Shown in pieces: positions 55,627 to 64,000 of a stretch of 64,000 nt of DNA (its first letter is position 1; the number at the start of each line of letters is the position of its first letter). The notes beneath the pieces were generated by a model. That model was not told where the DNA came from and ran no database searches. It saw only the letters and a program-made list of their open reading frames with translations. The position numbers and the translations under genes are program-made. Source of the DNA: Polyangiaceae bacterium (GTDB lineage Bacteria; Myxococcota_A; Polyangia; Polyangiales; Polyangiaceae); NCBI GenBank assembly GCA_033763455.1, contig JANRKO010000033.1, positions 96,001 to 160,000 on the forward strand, written 5' to 3'.

Positions 55627-56703
55627 GTGCCCCGCGACACATTCTCAGAAGGCCGACCCTTCAATCAACACGGAGGGCTCACGCTGGTGCCAATGCCCGG
55701 GTTTGAGCAGCTCGCAAAGCGAGTCCAAAGCGAGTTCGATCGCGCGGGCTTTCAGTTCGCCACGAGTGTGGACATCGCCGAGCCGGAGTTTGGGTTTCGC
55801 TCGAGCGGTGAGCCCTATGTGCGCCTCGGCAAAGAGCACATCGCCGGGCACGATTGCGTGATTCTGACGAGCGGGCCGGGAACGCCCGAAATGTTGATCC
55901 AACTCATGCTGGTGCTTCGCTACTTAAGCGGGCGCCGGGCCAGCCGAACAGCCGTGGTTACAGGGTATTTCCCACTCGGGCGCTCGGACAAAGACGAGGG
56001 GGCAAAGGAATTCGCACTGCCGCCTTTGTTGATCGACCTCATGATGGCCTCCACCTTTCGTGATCTCGACCGCGTGATTGCCGTGGATCTGCACGCACCT
56101 CAGGTAGTGATGTCGGGACGAACGGGGTTTATCACTGAAGTGAGCTTGGTGAGGCGCGTCTTGATGCGCGCGGTGGTTGAAGCCATGGCCGAACAGGAAC
56201 CGCTTTGCATCTGCTTTCCGGATGACACCTCCGCCAAACGTGTCGAGAGCGCCGTCGATCTGATCTGCAGAGAGCTTAACATTCAGCTCCCCACCGTTTA
56301 CGGAGTGAAGCGAAGAAAGTCGAGCTCTCAAACGCAGCTGCGCGCTCTGTTTGGGGATCTCGAAGCACTCAAGGGTGCCACTGTCCTCAACCTGGACGAC
56401 GAAATCGCAACAGGCAGCACCAACATCAACAGCGCCCGCGCCCTCAAGGAACAATACGGTGCCAAACGCGTGTGGGCGGTCGTCACGCATGGAGTCCTTT
56501 GCGGCAACGCGGCGGCCGAATTCGGCAAGGAGGATTGCCCGGTGGATCGCGTGTTCATCACTGACACCATTCCGGTGGAGCCGCGCCCTGAGCTGCAAGG
56601 CTTGCTCGCGAGCGGCCGGTTGCAGGTCACCGAGTGGAGTCCAGATCTGGGGTGGATCCTCTACCACCACCATTGGAACCTTTCGATCCGCGAATTGCGC
56701 TGA
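55627..56703 (+). CDS. prs: Ribose-phosphate pyrophosphokinase family protein (divergent)
   Basis: SGE, DLHAPQ, PD, KRR, LDDEIATGST, THG, TDTI. Confidence 0.75.
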   Translation: MPRDTFSEGRPFNQHGGLTLVPMPGFEQLAKRVQSEFDRAGFQFATSVDIAEPEFGFRSSGEPYVRLGKEHIAGHDCVILTSGPGTPEMLIQLMLVLRYLSGRRASRTAVVTGYFPLGRSDKDEGAKEFALPPLLIDLMMASTFRDLDRVIAVDLHAPQVVMSGRTGFITEVSLVRRVLMRAVVEAMAEQEPLCICFPDDTSAKRVESAVDLICRELNIQLPTVYGVKRRKSSSQTQLRALFGDLEALKGATVLNLDDEIATGSTNINSARALKEQYGAKRVWAVVTHGVLCGNAAAEFGKEDCPVDRVFITDTIPVEPRPELQGLLASGRLQVTEWSPDLGWILYHHHWNLSIRELR

Positions 56704-56782
56704 ATTTGGCCAGAAATCCGGGTTTGGGCCGGGGAAGGTTCCACTTCCGACCGAGTGAACCCGGGAGTATAGTGCCGGGTCC

Positions 56783-58261
56783 GTGTCTGACCTCCCCCCA
56801 GACGTTTCCCTCTCGCACCTCCACCCAGGGGTGGTTGTCGTTGAGCGCTACGAACTTCTGAGTTGTATCGGTCGCGGCGGCATGGGGGTGGTTTGGAAAG
56901 CGCGCCACTGCAGCCTGGGGCATGACGTCGCCATTAAGTTTTTGTCGTCGCCAAGGTTGGATAAAGCAGCGCTCAGCCGCTTCGATCGCGAGGCCAGATT
57001 ATCGGCAAAGTTGGGCGAACTCTCCCGTCATATCGTGCGGGTTCAAGACCACGGCACCCATGAAGGGCGCCCTTTTGTCGTGATGGAATTCCTCTCAGGC
57101 GAGTCCCTGGCCGAACGCCTCGCGCGTGAGCCTACCCTGCCACCCAGGGATATCATTCGTGTCGTGGATCACCTGGCCAAGGCCTTGGTCGTCGCGCACC
57201 AAGCGGGCGTGGTACACTTGGACATTAAGCCTGCGAATGTGTTCATCACGCGCCTGCCTGAGGATGAGCATATCTGGGTAAAACTGCTGGATTTTGGAGC
57301 TGCACGAGGTTGGCTTCGCAAAGGTGGGGATTCGGGGGAACACCAGGTCGTCGGCACGCCGAGCTACATGAGTCCGGAGCAAATCGCCGGGACGCCGCCA
57401 GTGGATGGGCGAGCGGATCTGTGGGCGCTAGGAATTCTCGCCTATCGCATGGCCGTTGGCAGGCCAGCGTTCGCCTTCGGCGAAAGAAGCGACCTTATTT
57501 TTCGGATCCTTCAAACACCCGCCCCGCCTCCTTCGTCGCTCAACCCAGGCATGCCGAAAGCATTCGACGAGTGGATGAGTCGTGCGCTCGCTAAGCAGCC
57601 GCACGATCGTTTCACGGATGGAAGAGAATTGGCCCGAGCGTTGGCCAGCAGCTTCGGATTCGACTTGGCAATGTCTGCGCCACCTTCGCGCCCGCCACCA
57701 CTTCCCTCCACCCGCCCCCCAGCCGCAGTTGCGACGAGCGCCATGAGCCCGCCCGCCACGATCAACACCCGGCTTGAGAGCTCGGAAGCACTTGCTGCAC
57801 AGCCCTCAGAGCGAGTTCCACAGTCTCTTACCCCTCTTGCCACTCCGGTACCGCCCGAATCGAGCGCGCCCCGTTTTCGCTGGGGCATTGCTGCCATCGT
57901 CCTCATCGGTCTCGGGCTTCTGGGTGCATATCTCCTCAAGTTCACAGCGCAAGCGCCTCCGGAAGCAGCATTGCCAGCTTCCGTGCGGTTGACGCAGGAA
58001 CCCCCTGAAACACCTGTGATTGCCCCGGCTCCCACGCCCGCCCCCGAAGCCACCGTCGATAAATCAGCAAGGCCAGCACAAATCGAGCAGAGCCAAGAAC
58101 CTCCCACTTCAAACGCGCCGAAGCCTGCAAGCAATGTAGCCCAGAAATTAGCCAACCCCGCCAGGCCGCTGAAGCAACGCTCAAGCCCACCAAAATCGAA
58201 CCCCGCGGCAGGCCTCAGGGACGAATCCAAGAAACGCTGGGATTTGGATTCGCACTACTAA
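56783..58261 (+). CDS. Hanks-type Ser/Thr protein kinase (non-RD) with TM helix
   Basis: IGRGGMGVVW, VAIK, HLDIKPAN, DFG, GTPSYMSPEQ. Confidence 0.92.
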   Translation: MSDLPPDVSLSHLHPGVVVVERYELLSCIGRGGMGVVWKARHCSLGHDVAIKFLSSPRLDKAALSRFDREARLSAKLGELSRHIVRVQDHGTHEGRPFVVMEFLSGESLAERLAREPTLPPRDIIRVVDHLAKALVVAHQAGVVHLDIKPANVFITRLPEDEHIWVKLLDFGAARGWLRKGGDSGEHQVVGTPSYMSPEQIAGTPPVDGRADLWALGILAYRMAVGRPAFAFGERSDLIFRILQTPAPPPSSLNPGMPKAFDEWMSRALAKQPHDRFTDGRELARALASSFGFDLAMSAPPSRPPPLPSTRPPAAVATSAMSPPATINTRLESSEALAAQPSERVPQSLTPLATPVPPESSAPRFRWGIAAIVLIGLGLLGAYLLKFTAQAPPEAALPASVRLTQEPPETPVIAPAPTPAPEATVDKSARPAQIEQSQEPPTSNAPKPASNVAQKLANPARPLKQRSSPPKSNPAAGLRDESKKRWDLDSHY

Positions 58262-58288
58262 CATGCAGCGCACGCGGGGAGCTGCAAC

Positions 58289-59017
58289 TTACGGGCACGT
58301 TCTAGCTTTTTCTTTCGCCGCGGCCTGAGTCGCTGTGAGAACTTCTTGGGCCCGTGCAACGGAACGAAAGAGCCCGCGAGCAAAGAGGGTTTCGCGCGAT
58401 GCCTCAGAAAAATCACCCTTACGACCGTAGCTTGCCGCACCAAGCAAGATGGCGGCCGATACACTCATGTTCAAGCTTTCGACGAAACCTCGCATCGGTA
58501 TACGCACGGAGTTGTCAGAAGCCTGCACGAGGTCATCGGAGATGCCGGCATGTTCGTTGCCAAGCACCAAAGCTAGCCGTGGAATGTCAGCGAGATCTTG
58601 AGGCTCTAGGTTTCCCTGTGGGTGCGTTGCAATCAGCGTGCGTCCGGAAGCCTTCAACCTCTCAATTGCAGGAGCCGACGCATTGTACAGGTGCACGTCC
58701 ACCCAGCGTTCACTCCCGCGGGAAGCCCGGCGAGCCACCATGAACGGATCAGTACGCTGAATCACGTGCACACACTGCACCCCAAACGCATCGCACGAAC
58801 GGATAACGGCCCCACCGTTGTGCGGATCGTAAGGAGCATCCATCACCACCGTGACGCTTTCGAGGCGTGCATCAACCACCGCACGGATTTTGGCCTGGCG
58901 CTCTTCGCTTACCCACGGCGAAAGTGCAGCGATGACCCGTGCCGCATCCCAACCGCCTTCCCACGGGACCTCCAGTTCGGGAGCCGGCTCGTAGGCATCG
59001 GGGCTCGTGCGTCGCAT
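58289..59017 (-). CDS. trmH: TrmH/SpoU-family RNA 2'-O-methyltransferase
   Basis: DPHNGGAVIRSCDAFG, LVLGNEHAGIS, IPMRGFVESLNMSVS. Confidence 0.85.
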   Translation of the reverse strand: MRRTSPDAYEPAPELEVPWEGGWDAARVIAALSPWVSEERQAKIRAVVDARLESVTVVMDAPYDPHNGGAVIRSCDAFGVQCVHVIQRTDPFMVARRASRGSERWVDVHLYNASAPAIERLKASGRTLIATHPQGNLEPQDLADIPRLALVLGNEHAGISDDLVQASDNSVRIPMRGFVESLNMSVSAAILLGAASYGRKGDFSEASRETLFARGLFRSVARAQEVLTATQAAAKEKARTCP

Positions 59018-59211
59018 CTTGAGACTCGCTCGTAGCTTAATTTTTGGGTTTTGTGGGGATATCCTTGCACGGAGTTCTAGCTACACCTGAAACGGCAAGG
59101 GGGCTTCCGCAACGGAACCCGGGGCATTATGTAGAAAGGGTTCGCCAATCGGGTGACCCTTGCTGAAATTTCTCGCGGATCATCCCTCACCGTCTGGAGC
59201 ACCGAAACACC

Positions 59212-59535
59212 ATGGCATCCGAAAAGGTCCAAGTTTTCAATGACCTCAACTTCGACCAGGAGGTCTTGAAGTCCCCCGTGCCCGTCCTTGTAGATTTCAC
59301 GGCAACTTGGTGTGGCCCATGTAAAGCGCTCGCGCCCATCGTTGATCAGGTGGCAACGGAGCTTGATGGCAAAGCTATCGTCGGCAAGCTTGATATCGAT
59401 GAGTCGCCCATCACGGCCGGCAAATACGGCGTGCGCGGTGTCCCCACCGTCATGGTCTTCAAGAACGGCGAACGCTCTGCGCAGCACGTCGGTCTGACGA
59501 CCAAGCAGAAGCTCGTCGATCTGATCGGCGCCTAA
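59212..59535 (+). CDS. trxA: Thioredoxin
   Basis: VDFTATWCGPCK, GVPT. Confidence 0.97.
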   Translation: MASEKVQVFNDLNFDQEVLKSPVPVLVDFTATWCGPCKALAPIVDQVATELDGKAIVGKLDIDESPITAGKYGVRGVPTVMVFKNGERSAQHVGLTTKQKLVDLIGA

Positions 59536-59550
59536 GCGCATCGCTCATCC

Positions 59551-59631
59551 GAACCCCGCGGCTCCGTGCCGACGTCAGGAGCAGGTAACTGCTCCTGCCT
59601 GGTTCCCGTCCGCTCGGCGCGGGGCTTCTTC
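59551..59631 (+). terminator. Extended stem-loop downstream of trxA
   Basis: Inner hairpin caggagcag-gtaa-ctgctcctg (59576-59597); outer ccccgcg/cgcgggg pair followed by cttcttc. Confidence 0.45.
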
Positions 59632-59651
59632 TAACTGCCTAATGAGTTAGC

Positions 59652-62600
59652 ATGAGCCCCGTGAAAACAGCGTGTGGCGCGTGGTGCTGGTGTTTGCTGA
59701 TCGTTGCGGCGGGCGCCTGCGGGCCTGCGGGCAAACCGGCGCCCACTGCCGGACCCCTGAAGACCAGCTGGCTGGCCCCCATGCGGAATCAGTCGAGTGA
59801 GTGGAGATACCACCCCAAGAAACCTGCGACGATGCGTGCCACGTTCGCGGTGGGAGCGGACACCGTACTTGCTGGGGACCGTGGTGAACGCTGGCTCATC
59901 GAGCCCGGTAGAGCTGGCGTACGCACGGCGCCCATGCTCGCACCGGAAATGTTGGTGGACGTAGTCAATCCGGAACCCCAAGCCTGGTGGTTCATCGGTG
60001 CGAGCGGCACTGTTTACCAGGCTGCATCGCCGCTGGGTCCGTTCGTACGCTCTGCATCGCCACAACAGCCCCTCGCACAAGTCGCGGCAGCTCCGGCTGC
60101 GCTACTTGGAGTGACTCAGCGGGGTGCCCTCGTGCTCAGTCGCGATGGCGGCGTAGTCTGGGACTCGCTGAAAACCGACGGGGCACGCTTTGTAGATGTC
60201 GCCGTAAATTCGGATGGCCGGGCCCTAGCGCTCTCCGTTCCTGAGCGACTTTGGTCGGCGGATTTGCCAGATCTGCGCTTTACGCCACTCGACCTCGCAC
60301 CCGTAGGAGCGCTCAGCCTTGAGACTGTAACTGGGGATCTTCAGGTTGTCGGGCTTTACGAAAGGTACGCCCTTACTCGGGAGCGCCGCCTCGAACCGCT
60401 TGAGAAATCGGCCCCATCCACGGTCACAGGTTTTACGCCGCCACTCGGCCCAGATGCGGCGGCGTTAGTGCAAGGTCGAGCTAGCCTGGACGGTGGTGTC
60501 TACGCAGAAGCGCGCGAAGGTGAGAACGGTTGGGACCTTGTGAGCGGACGGCTGGGGGAGGATCTACAGCGACGTCGCCTACCAGGCACCTCGGAGTGCA
60601 AAATGCTGAAGCTCGCCGCGGCCGGCAGCCACATTTACTTTGCATGTGGAGCAGCCACAGGCGGAGGCACCCAGGAGCTGCTGCTTTACCGCAGCCAAGA
60701 CTCGGGTCTTCACTTCGAGCGAGAACCTTACGTCGTCTTGGGCAACACCTATTCGCTGCGGATGGCAACGGGCCGGCAGGGGCACCTCTTGGTCACCGGC
60801 ATCTGCGATCTCGGAGATACGGCTACGAGCTGCCAACCGAACGGCGTGTTCGTGAGAGCTCCCAATGCACAGCACAAGCTTGGGCGACGCCTCCTCCGGC
60901 GCGCACTGCTTCCGGGCCTAAGGGGCACCGCCCAGGCGGTAACATTTTCTTCAGATGGCGTCCGCGCCTATGCGATCGGTGCTCGCAATCGCTCCCAACA
61001 GCCCGCGCTCTTCCTATCCCAAGACGCCGGCGTTTCCTTCGATACAAGCCTCGTAGACTCGCGCGAGAACGGCCCGAATTCAGGCGATAGAACCACGGGC
61101 AATGAGTCCCTTGGAACCGCGGTGCGCGCCGCGAGCGGCCCCAACAACACGCTAGCTGTCTCTTTTGACACCGGGAGCAAACAGATAGCGCTTATTTTTG
61201 ACCAAAACGGCCAGCTGCTGGCGCGCGCAACGCCTCCAGAAACAGCGCGTGTGCTTGCGGCCGCCGGCACCAGCCTAGTGGCTTGGTCCGAAACAACTGG
61301 AATTGGCTACATAACACTAGACGCAGGCGCGAGCTGGCAAAGCTTGGGGCCGCTTCCGGCTAACCTCTGCGAGCCAGGCCAGCGCTGCTCCCCCGCCATA
61401 GCCTGCGAAACTAGTGGTTGTGTATTCTCGGACACACTTACCAGGCTAGGCTGGGGGTTACCCAGCGAGCCAAACCAGCCACTTTTGAGGGCTCCGGAAG
61501 CCTCCACCCCACGAACGGAGCGCCACGTGCGGACCGCAATAAGCTGCCAATTGGGGGCTGATCCATGGCGCCCTCTGGAGGGAGCCGCCTACGCGCCCGA
61601 GGCGTCCGACGCCGCCATTGGAGAGGTGGACTGGATGGTTCCAGCCGTGAAAGCGGCCGACCGGGCCGTGGAGGTATTACACCAGCGCGGCGAGAAGCTA
61701 GAGCGCAAGTCGCTGTTAGCCAAGGTTCCTGACCCAAGCCGTTACGCTTTCAACGTTTACTCGCAAATCGAGGGTGTGGCCGCCATCCGTTACCCGCTTC
61801 CTACTCCAGAACGACCCACGCTTTCCAATATCGAGGTTGCTTGGGCGAATTACTTCACCAAAGCAATCGTCCACCAAGCCAAGTTGCCCACAGCGGGGCC
61901 CTACCTACCGGGGGACTACAAACAATCTGAAAGGGATCCCAAGCTAAATGAGGCCATGGCTGATCTTGTGAGCATCGCCGAGGGTGGAGTGTTCGTGCGG
62001 CCCCACAAAAGCCCTGAGGGGCGCCAAATCACCTACTTTCTAGACGGCCGCAGCGTTCAGCAGCTGGGGCCCGTAAAGTGGCCAAAGAGCCAGCTAGACG
62101 CGCGGCTAGCTTCTGAAATCGCTGTCGTGGGAGGTCAATTTCTGCCGCTGCTGCTTGAGTCAGACGGCGCCATGGTAGTTCGAGCTCGCGCGCAGGGCGA
62201 CACCTTTGAGTTCGCCCCCATGACAACAGGCCTCCTATCCCCACAAAGTTCCCAACTGTTGCAACGTCGAAGCGTTGTCTACTTGAACGGAGCGGCGGCT
62301 CTTTATGTGCACCAGGAAGACGCTTTCGGCACTTTCTCAGAGGCCTCAGCTTTCCCATTCCAAGCGCTGGGTGCGCCAGTGGGTGCAGCCGTGCGCGTTC
62401 CAACGCAACTCCAAGCAGGTGATCCCCCCTCGCCGTGTGGTGCTCCTGCACGGGCCAACACTCCGCGCACAATCTCCCTTCTCACGGGTGGCACACGCCA
62501 CCCTGTGCTCATCACCGAAGGGACCGAGCCCTTACGAACGCTCCTCACCAATAACGCGGTGATGTACGGCACGCTGGCTGAACCTTGTGTCGCCACGTTC

Positions 62601-62819
62601 GACGCTCAACCTCTCAAAGAGGATCGCAGCCTCGGTGAGCGTGCCCTGGTCGCTCCTGGAAATGGGGCCCATTCTTGGCTATTTCGGCGGCAACCGGGCG
62701 ACGAACAAGGCCCGACCCGCATCGAATACCACAGCATGCAGTGTCTGTATGATCCAGCGGCCCAGGTGCCAGAAGAAGTGTTCGAGGCGGTGGGCACGCG
62801 GCGAGAACCGCGTCCCTGA
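59652..62819 (+). CDS. Large lipoprotein with Asp-box (BNR) repeats, predicted beta-propeller
   Basis: Lipobox AAGAC; SRDGGVVW, SQDSGLHF, SQDAGVSF, TLDAGASW; several Cys pairs. Confidence 0.65.
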   Translation: MSPVKTACGAWCWCLLIVAAGACGPAGKPAPTAGPLKTSWLAPMRNQSSEWRYHPKKPATMRATFAVGADTVLAGDRGERWLIEPGRAGVRTAPMLAPEMLVDVVNPEPQAWWFIGASGTVYQAASPLGPFVRSASPQQPLAQVAAAPAALLGVTQRGALVLSRDGGVVWDSLKTDGARFVDVAVNSDGRALALSVPERLWSADLPDLRFTPLDLAPVGALSLETVTGDLQVVGLYERYALTRERRLEPLEKSAPSTVTGFTPPLGPDAAALVQGRASLDGGVYAEAREGENGWDLVSGRLGEDLQRRRLPGTSECKMLKLAAAGSHIYFACGAATGGGTQELLLYRSQDSGLHFEREPYVVLGNTYSLRMATGRQGHLLVTGICDLGDTATSCQPNGVFVRAPNAQHKLGRRLLRRALLPGLRGTAQAVTFSSDGVRAYAIGARNRSQQPALFLSQDAGVSFDTSLVDSRENGPNSGDRTTGNESLGTAVRAASGPNNTLAVSFDTGSKQIALIFDQNGQLLARATPPETARVLAAAGTSLVAWSETTGIGYITLDAGASWQSLGPLPANLCEPGQRCSPAIACETSGCVFSDTLTRLGWGLPSEPNQPLLRAPEASTPRTERHVRTAISCQLGADPWRPLEGAAYAPEASDAAIGEVDWMVPAVKAADRAVEVLHQRGEKLERKSLLAKVPDPSRYAFNVYSQIEGVAAIRYPLPTPERPTLSNIEVAWANYFTKAIVHQAKLPTAGPYLPGDYKQSERDPKLNEAMADLVSIAEGGVFVRPHKSPEGRQITYFLDGRSVQQLGPVKWPKSQLDARLASEIAVVGGQFLPLLLESDGAMVVRARAQGDTFEFAPMTTGLLSPQSSQLLQRRSVVYLNGAAALYVHQEDAFGTFSEASAFPFQALGAPVGAAVRVPTQLQAGDPPSPCGAPARANTPRTISLLTGGTRHPVLITEGTEPLRTLLTNNAVMYGTLAEPCVATFDAQPLKEDRSLGERALVAPGNGAHSWLFRRQPGDEQGPTRIEYHSMQCLYDPAAQVPEEVFEAVGTRREPRP

Positions 62820-62875
62820 AACGCGCCGCTCTGGACACCTACGCACTCACGGCCGGGGAGCGCACCTGCCGGTAC

Positions 62876-62909
62876 CGCCTCTCGTGCCCAAACGCCTCTC
62901 GTGCCCGAA
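62876..62909. repeat. 17-bp tandem repeat (1 mismatch) in a convergent intergenic region
   Basis: cgcctctcgtgcccaaa / cgcctctcgtgcccgaa, flanked by inverted ccggtac...gtaccgg. Confidence 0.7.
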
Positions 62910-62932
62910 CTTCCTTCAGTACCGGAACGTCC

Positions 62933-63979
62933 TCACAGATTGGAGTTGAGCGGATCGTATTCGTCGTTGGCGCGCGCCTTACGCTTGGCACCCGACTGCT
63001 TCAGTGGATCATTCATGCTGGAGCTTGAACGCGACGAGACTCCCGCAGAAACACCTCCAGTCGGTCTTCTCGAACGACGCTTTGAAATGCTTTCGTTCTT
63101 CACGCTAGCGCCAGCATCATCGGAGGCCTCGTCTTCCCGACCGGTAGACTGGCGCAGCAAGTGATCTGGCACTTCGACCGTTTGGTAGGCGTCTCGGTAC
63201 TCTTTGACCAATTCATCGACGGCCCGCGGAGTACCGAAAGCCGGGCCCCCGAGCAGCGACTGATCAAGTGCATCGTTCCGGAACAGCGCGACTCCGCCGA
63301 ACACCAACGCAACGCCAACAAGCAATGCGACCGAACCCCGGCCCATACTCGGCCCAGAAGGAAGCGGTGCTGGCGGCAGCGTGAAGGCAGCTGGGGCGAG
63401 GCTTGCAGGAAGCGCACTACTCACGACCGGAACGGAACCCGGCGGCGCCGAAGCAACCACCGGAGCCGCTGGCTTGGAGACTGGTGGCCAAGCGCTGTCG
63501 GTCTGCGCGACCACGAACTCAGCCCGGGGCGGTGCCGAAACCTGCGTTCGCGCTTGCACGCCGCTTTGGCTCGACGCTGTTGAATACGGCGCGCCCGCGG
63601 CAGGCCTAGAATTGATGCCACTCACCGGTGCGCCGGGCTCTGGAAGCGCCGGCTCCCGGGCCACTGTGGCACTTTGAGGGCCGCTCGTTCTTCGCGGCGG
63701 CGGGGCGGAGCCCAACGGCGGAGGACCACCTTGTGGGTAGGCTTGTGGAACCATGGCGGGGGATGCCGCAATAGCAGATTGGGCAGGAGCTTCAGGCTCA
63801 ACCCCAAGCACACTGCCCAGCGTTTCCCAGCCTTCCATGCCCTGCTGCCAAACGAGCGTCGCGTCGTCGATGATGCCCAGGCGATAAAAATCATCAAGCT
63901 TCTCGAGCGTCAGTGTGCGCGTGTCGCCATCGGAAAACTGCACTTGCCAGTTCTCTTCGGGAGCCTCTTCGTCCATCAA
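62933..63979 (-). CDS. GYF_2 (DUF4339)-like domain membrane protein
   Basis: GIIDDATLVWQQGMEGWETL; Pro-rich linker; TM helix; C-terminal YDPLN; start lies near the window edge. Confidence 0.7.
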   Translation of the reverse strand: MMDEEAPEENWQVQFSDGDTRTLTLEKLDDFYRLGIIDDATLVWQQGMEGWETLGSVLGVEPEAPAQSAIAASPAMVPQAYPQGGPPPLGSAPPPRRTSGPQSATVAREPALPEPGAPVSGINSRPAAGAPYSTASSQSGVQARTQVSAPPRAEFVVAQTDSAWPPVSKPAAPVVASAPPGSVPVVSSALPASLAPAAFTLPPAPLPSGPSMGRGSVALLVGVALVFGGVALFRNDALDQSLLGGPAFGTPRAVDELVKEYRDAYQTVEVPDHLLRQSTGREDEASDDAGASVKNESISKRRSRRPTGGVSAGVSSRSSSSMNDPLKQSGAKRKARANDEYDPLNSNL

Positions 63980-64000
63980 GTCGCGGCCTAGATCGGTTGC

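Noticed and set aside
59551..59631. Long hairpin with gtcagg and a GNRA loop, resembling SRP (4.5S) RNA
   Set aside because: The stem is perfectly paired and lacks the CAGG/AGCA internal loop around a GGAA tetraloop; treated as a terminator-like structure
1..64000. tRNA, rRNA, IS elements, prophage or defence systems
   Set aside because: No such motifs or genes were recognised by eye; a tRNAscan/Rfam/DefenseFinder run would be needed to exclude them formally

Overview
GC-rich (~60% by eye), gene-dense bacterial chromosome segment. Gene content points to Myxococcota, probably Polyangiales: Ser/Thr kinases, a TPR/PEGA-type protein, a DUF4388/J-domain protein, a GYF-domain protein, a bacNOP-like bactofilin trio, an ECF-FecR module and DUF1592/DUF1552 pairs. 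This taxonomy is inferred. No rRNA, tRNA, CRISPR, transposase or integrase was recognised. Housekeeping genes: folK, partial atp operon (b', b, delta, alpha, gamma), glgC, glmS, gpmA, rlmI-like, ABC-F, fdhD/ydeP, pyrE, divergent prs, trmH, trxA. Accessory loci of most interest: (1) a 9-gene non-canonical ulosonic-acid locus at 19.5-28.8 kb (flippase-like protein, GT-B-like protein, SpsF-type cytidylyltransferase, class III aminotransferase, SDR, KdsC-like phosphatase, truncated NeuB, membrane desaturase/hydroxylase, fused transketolase) that may make an amino-ulosonate glycolipid; (2) a membrane protein + type III PKS + UbiG-like methyltransferase cluster with two sigma54-type promoter motifs, possibly making a polyketide quinone; (3) two DUF1592 (CxxCH)/DUF1552 (Tat) operons around a double beta-helix glycanase, next to carbohydrate-binding-domain genes; (4) an ECF-FecR-beta-strand protein-PA14 signalling cassette with no TonB-dependent receptor. 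Also found: an unannotated 39-aa TatA-like ORF, a ~53-aa insertion in AtpA, and short tandem duplications at three convergent gene junctions. All family calls come from motif recognition, not database searches.
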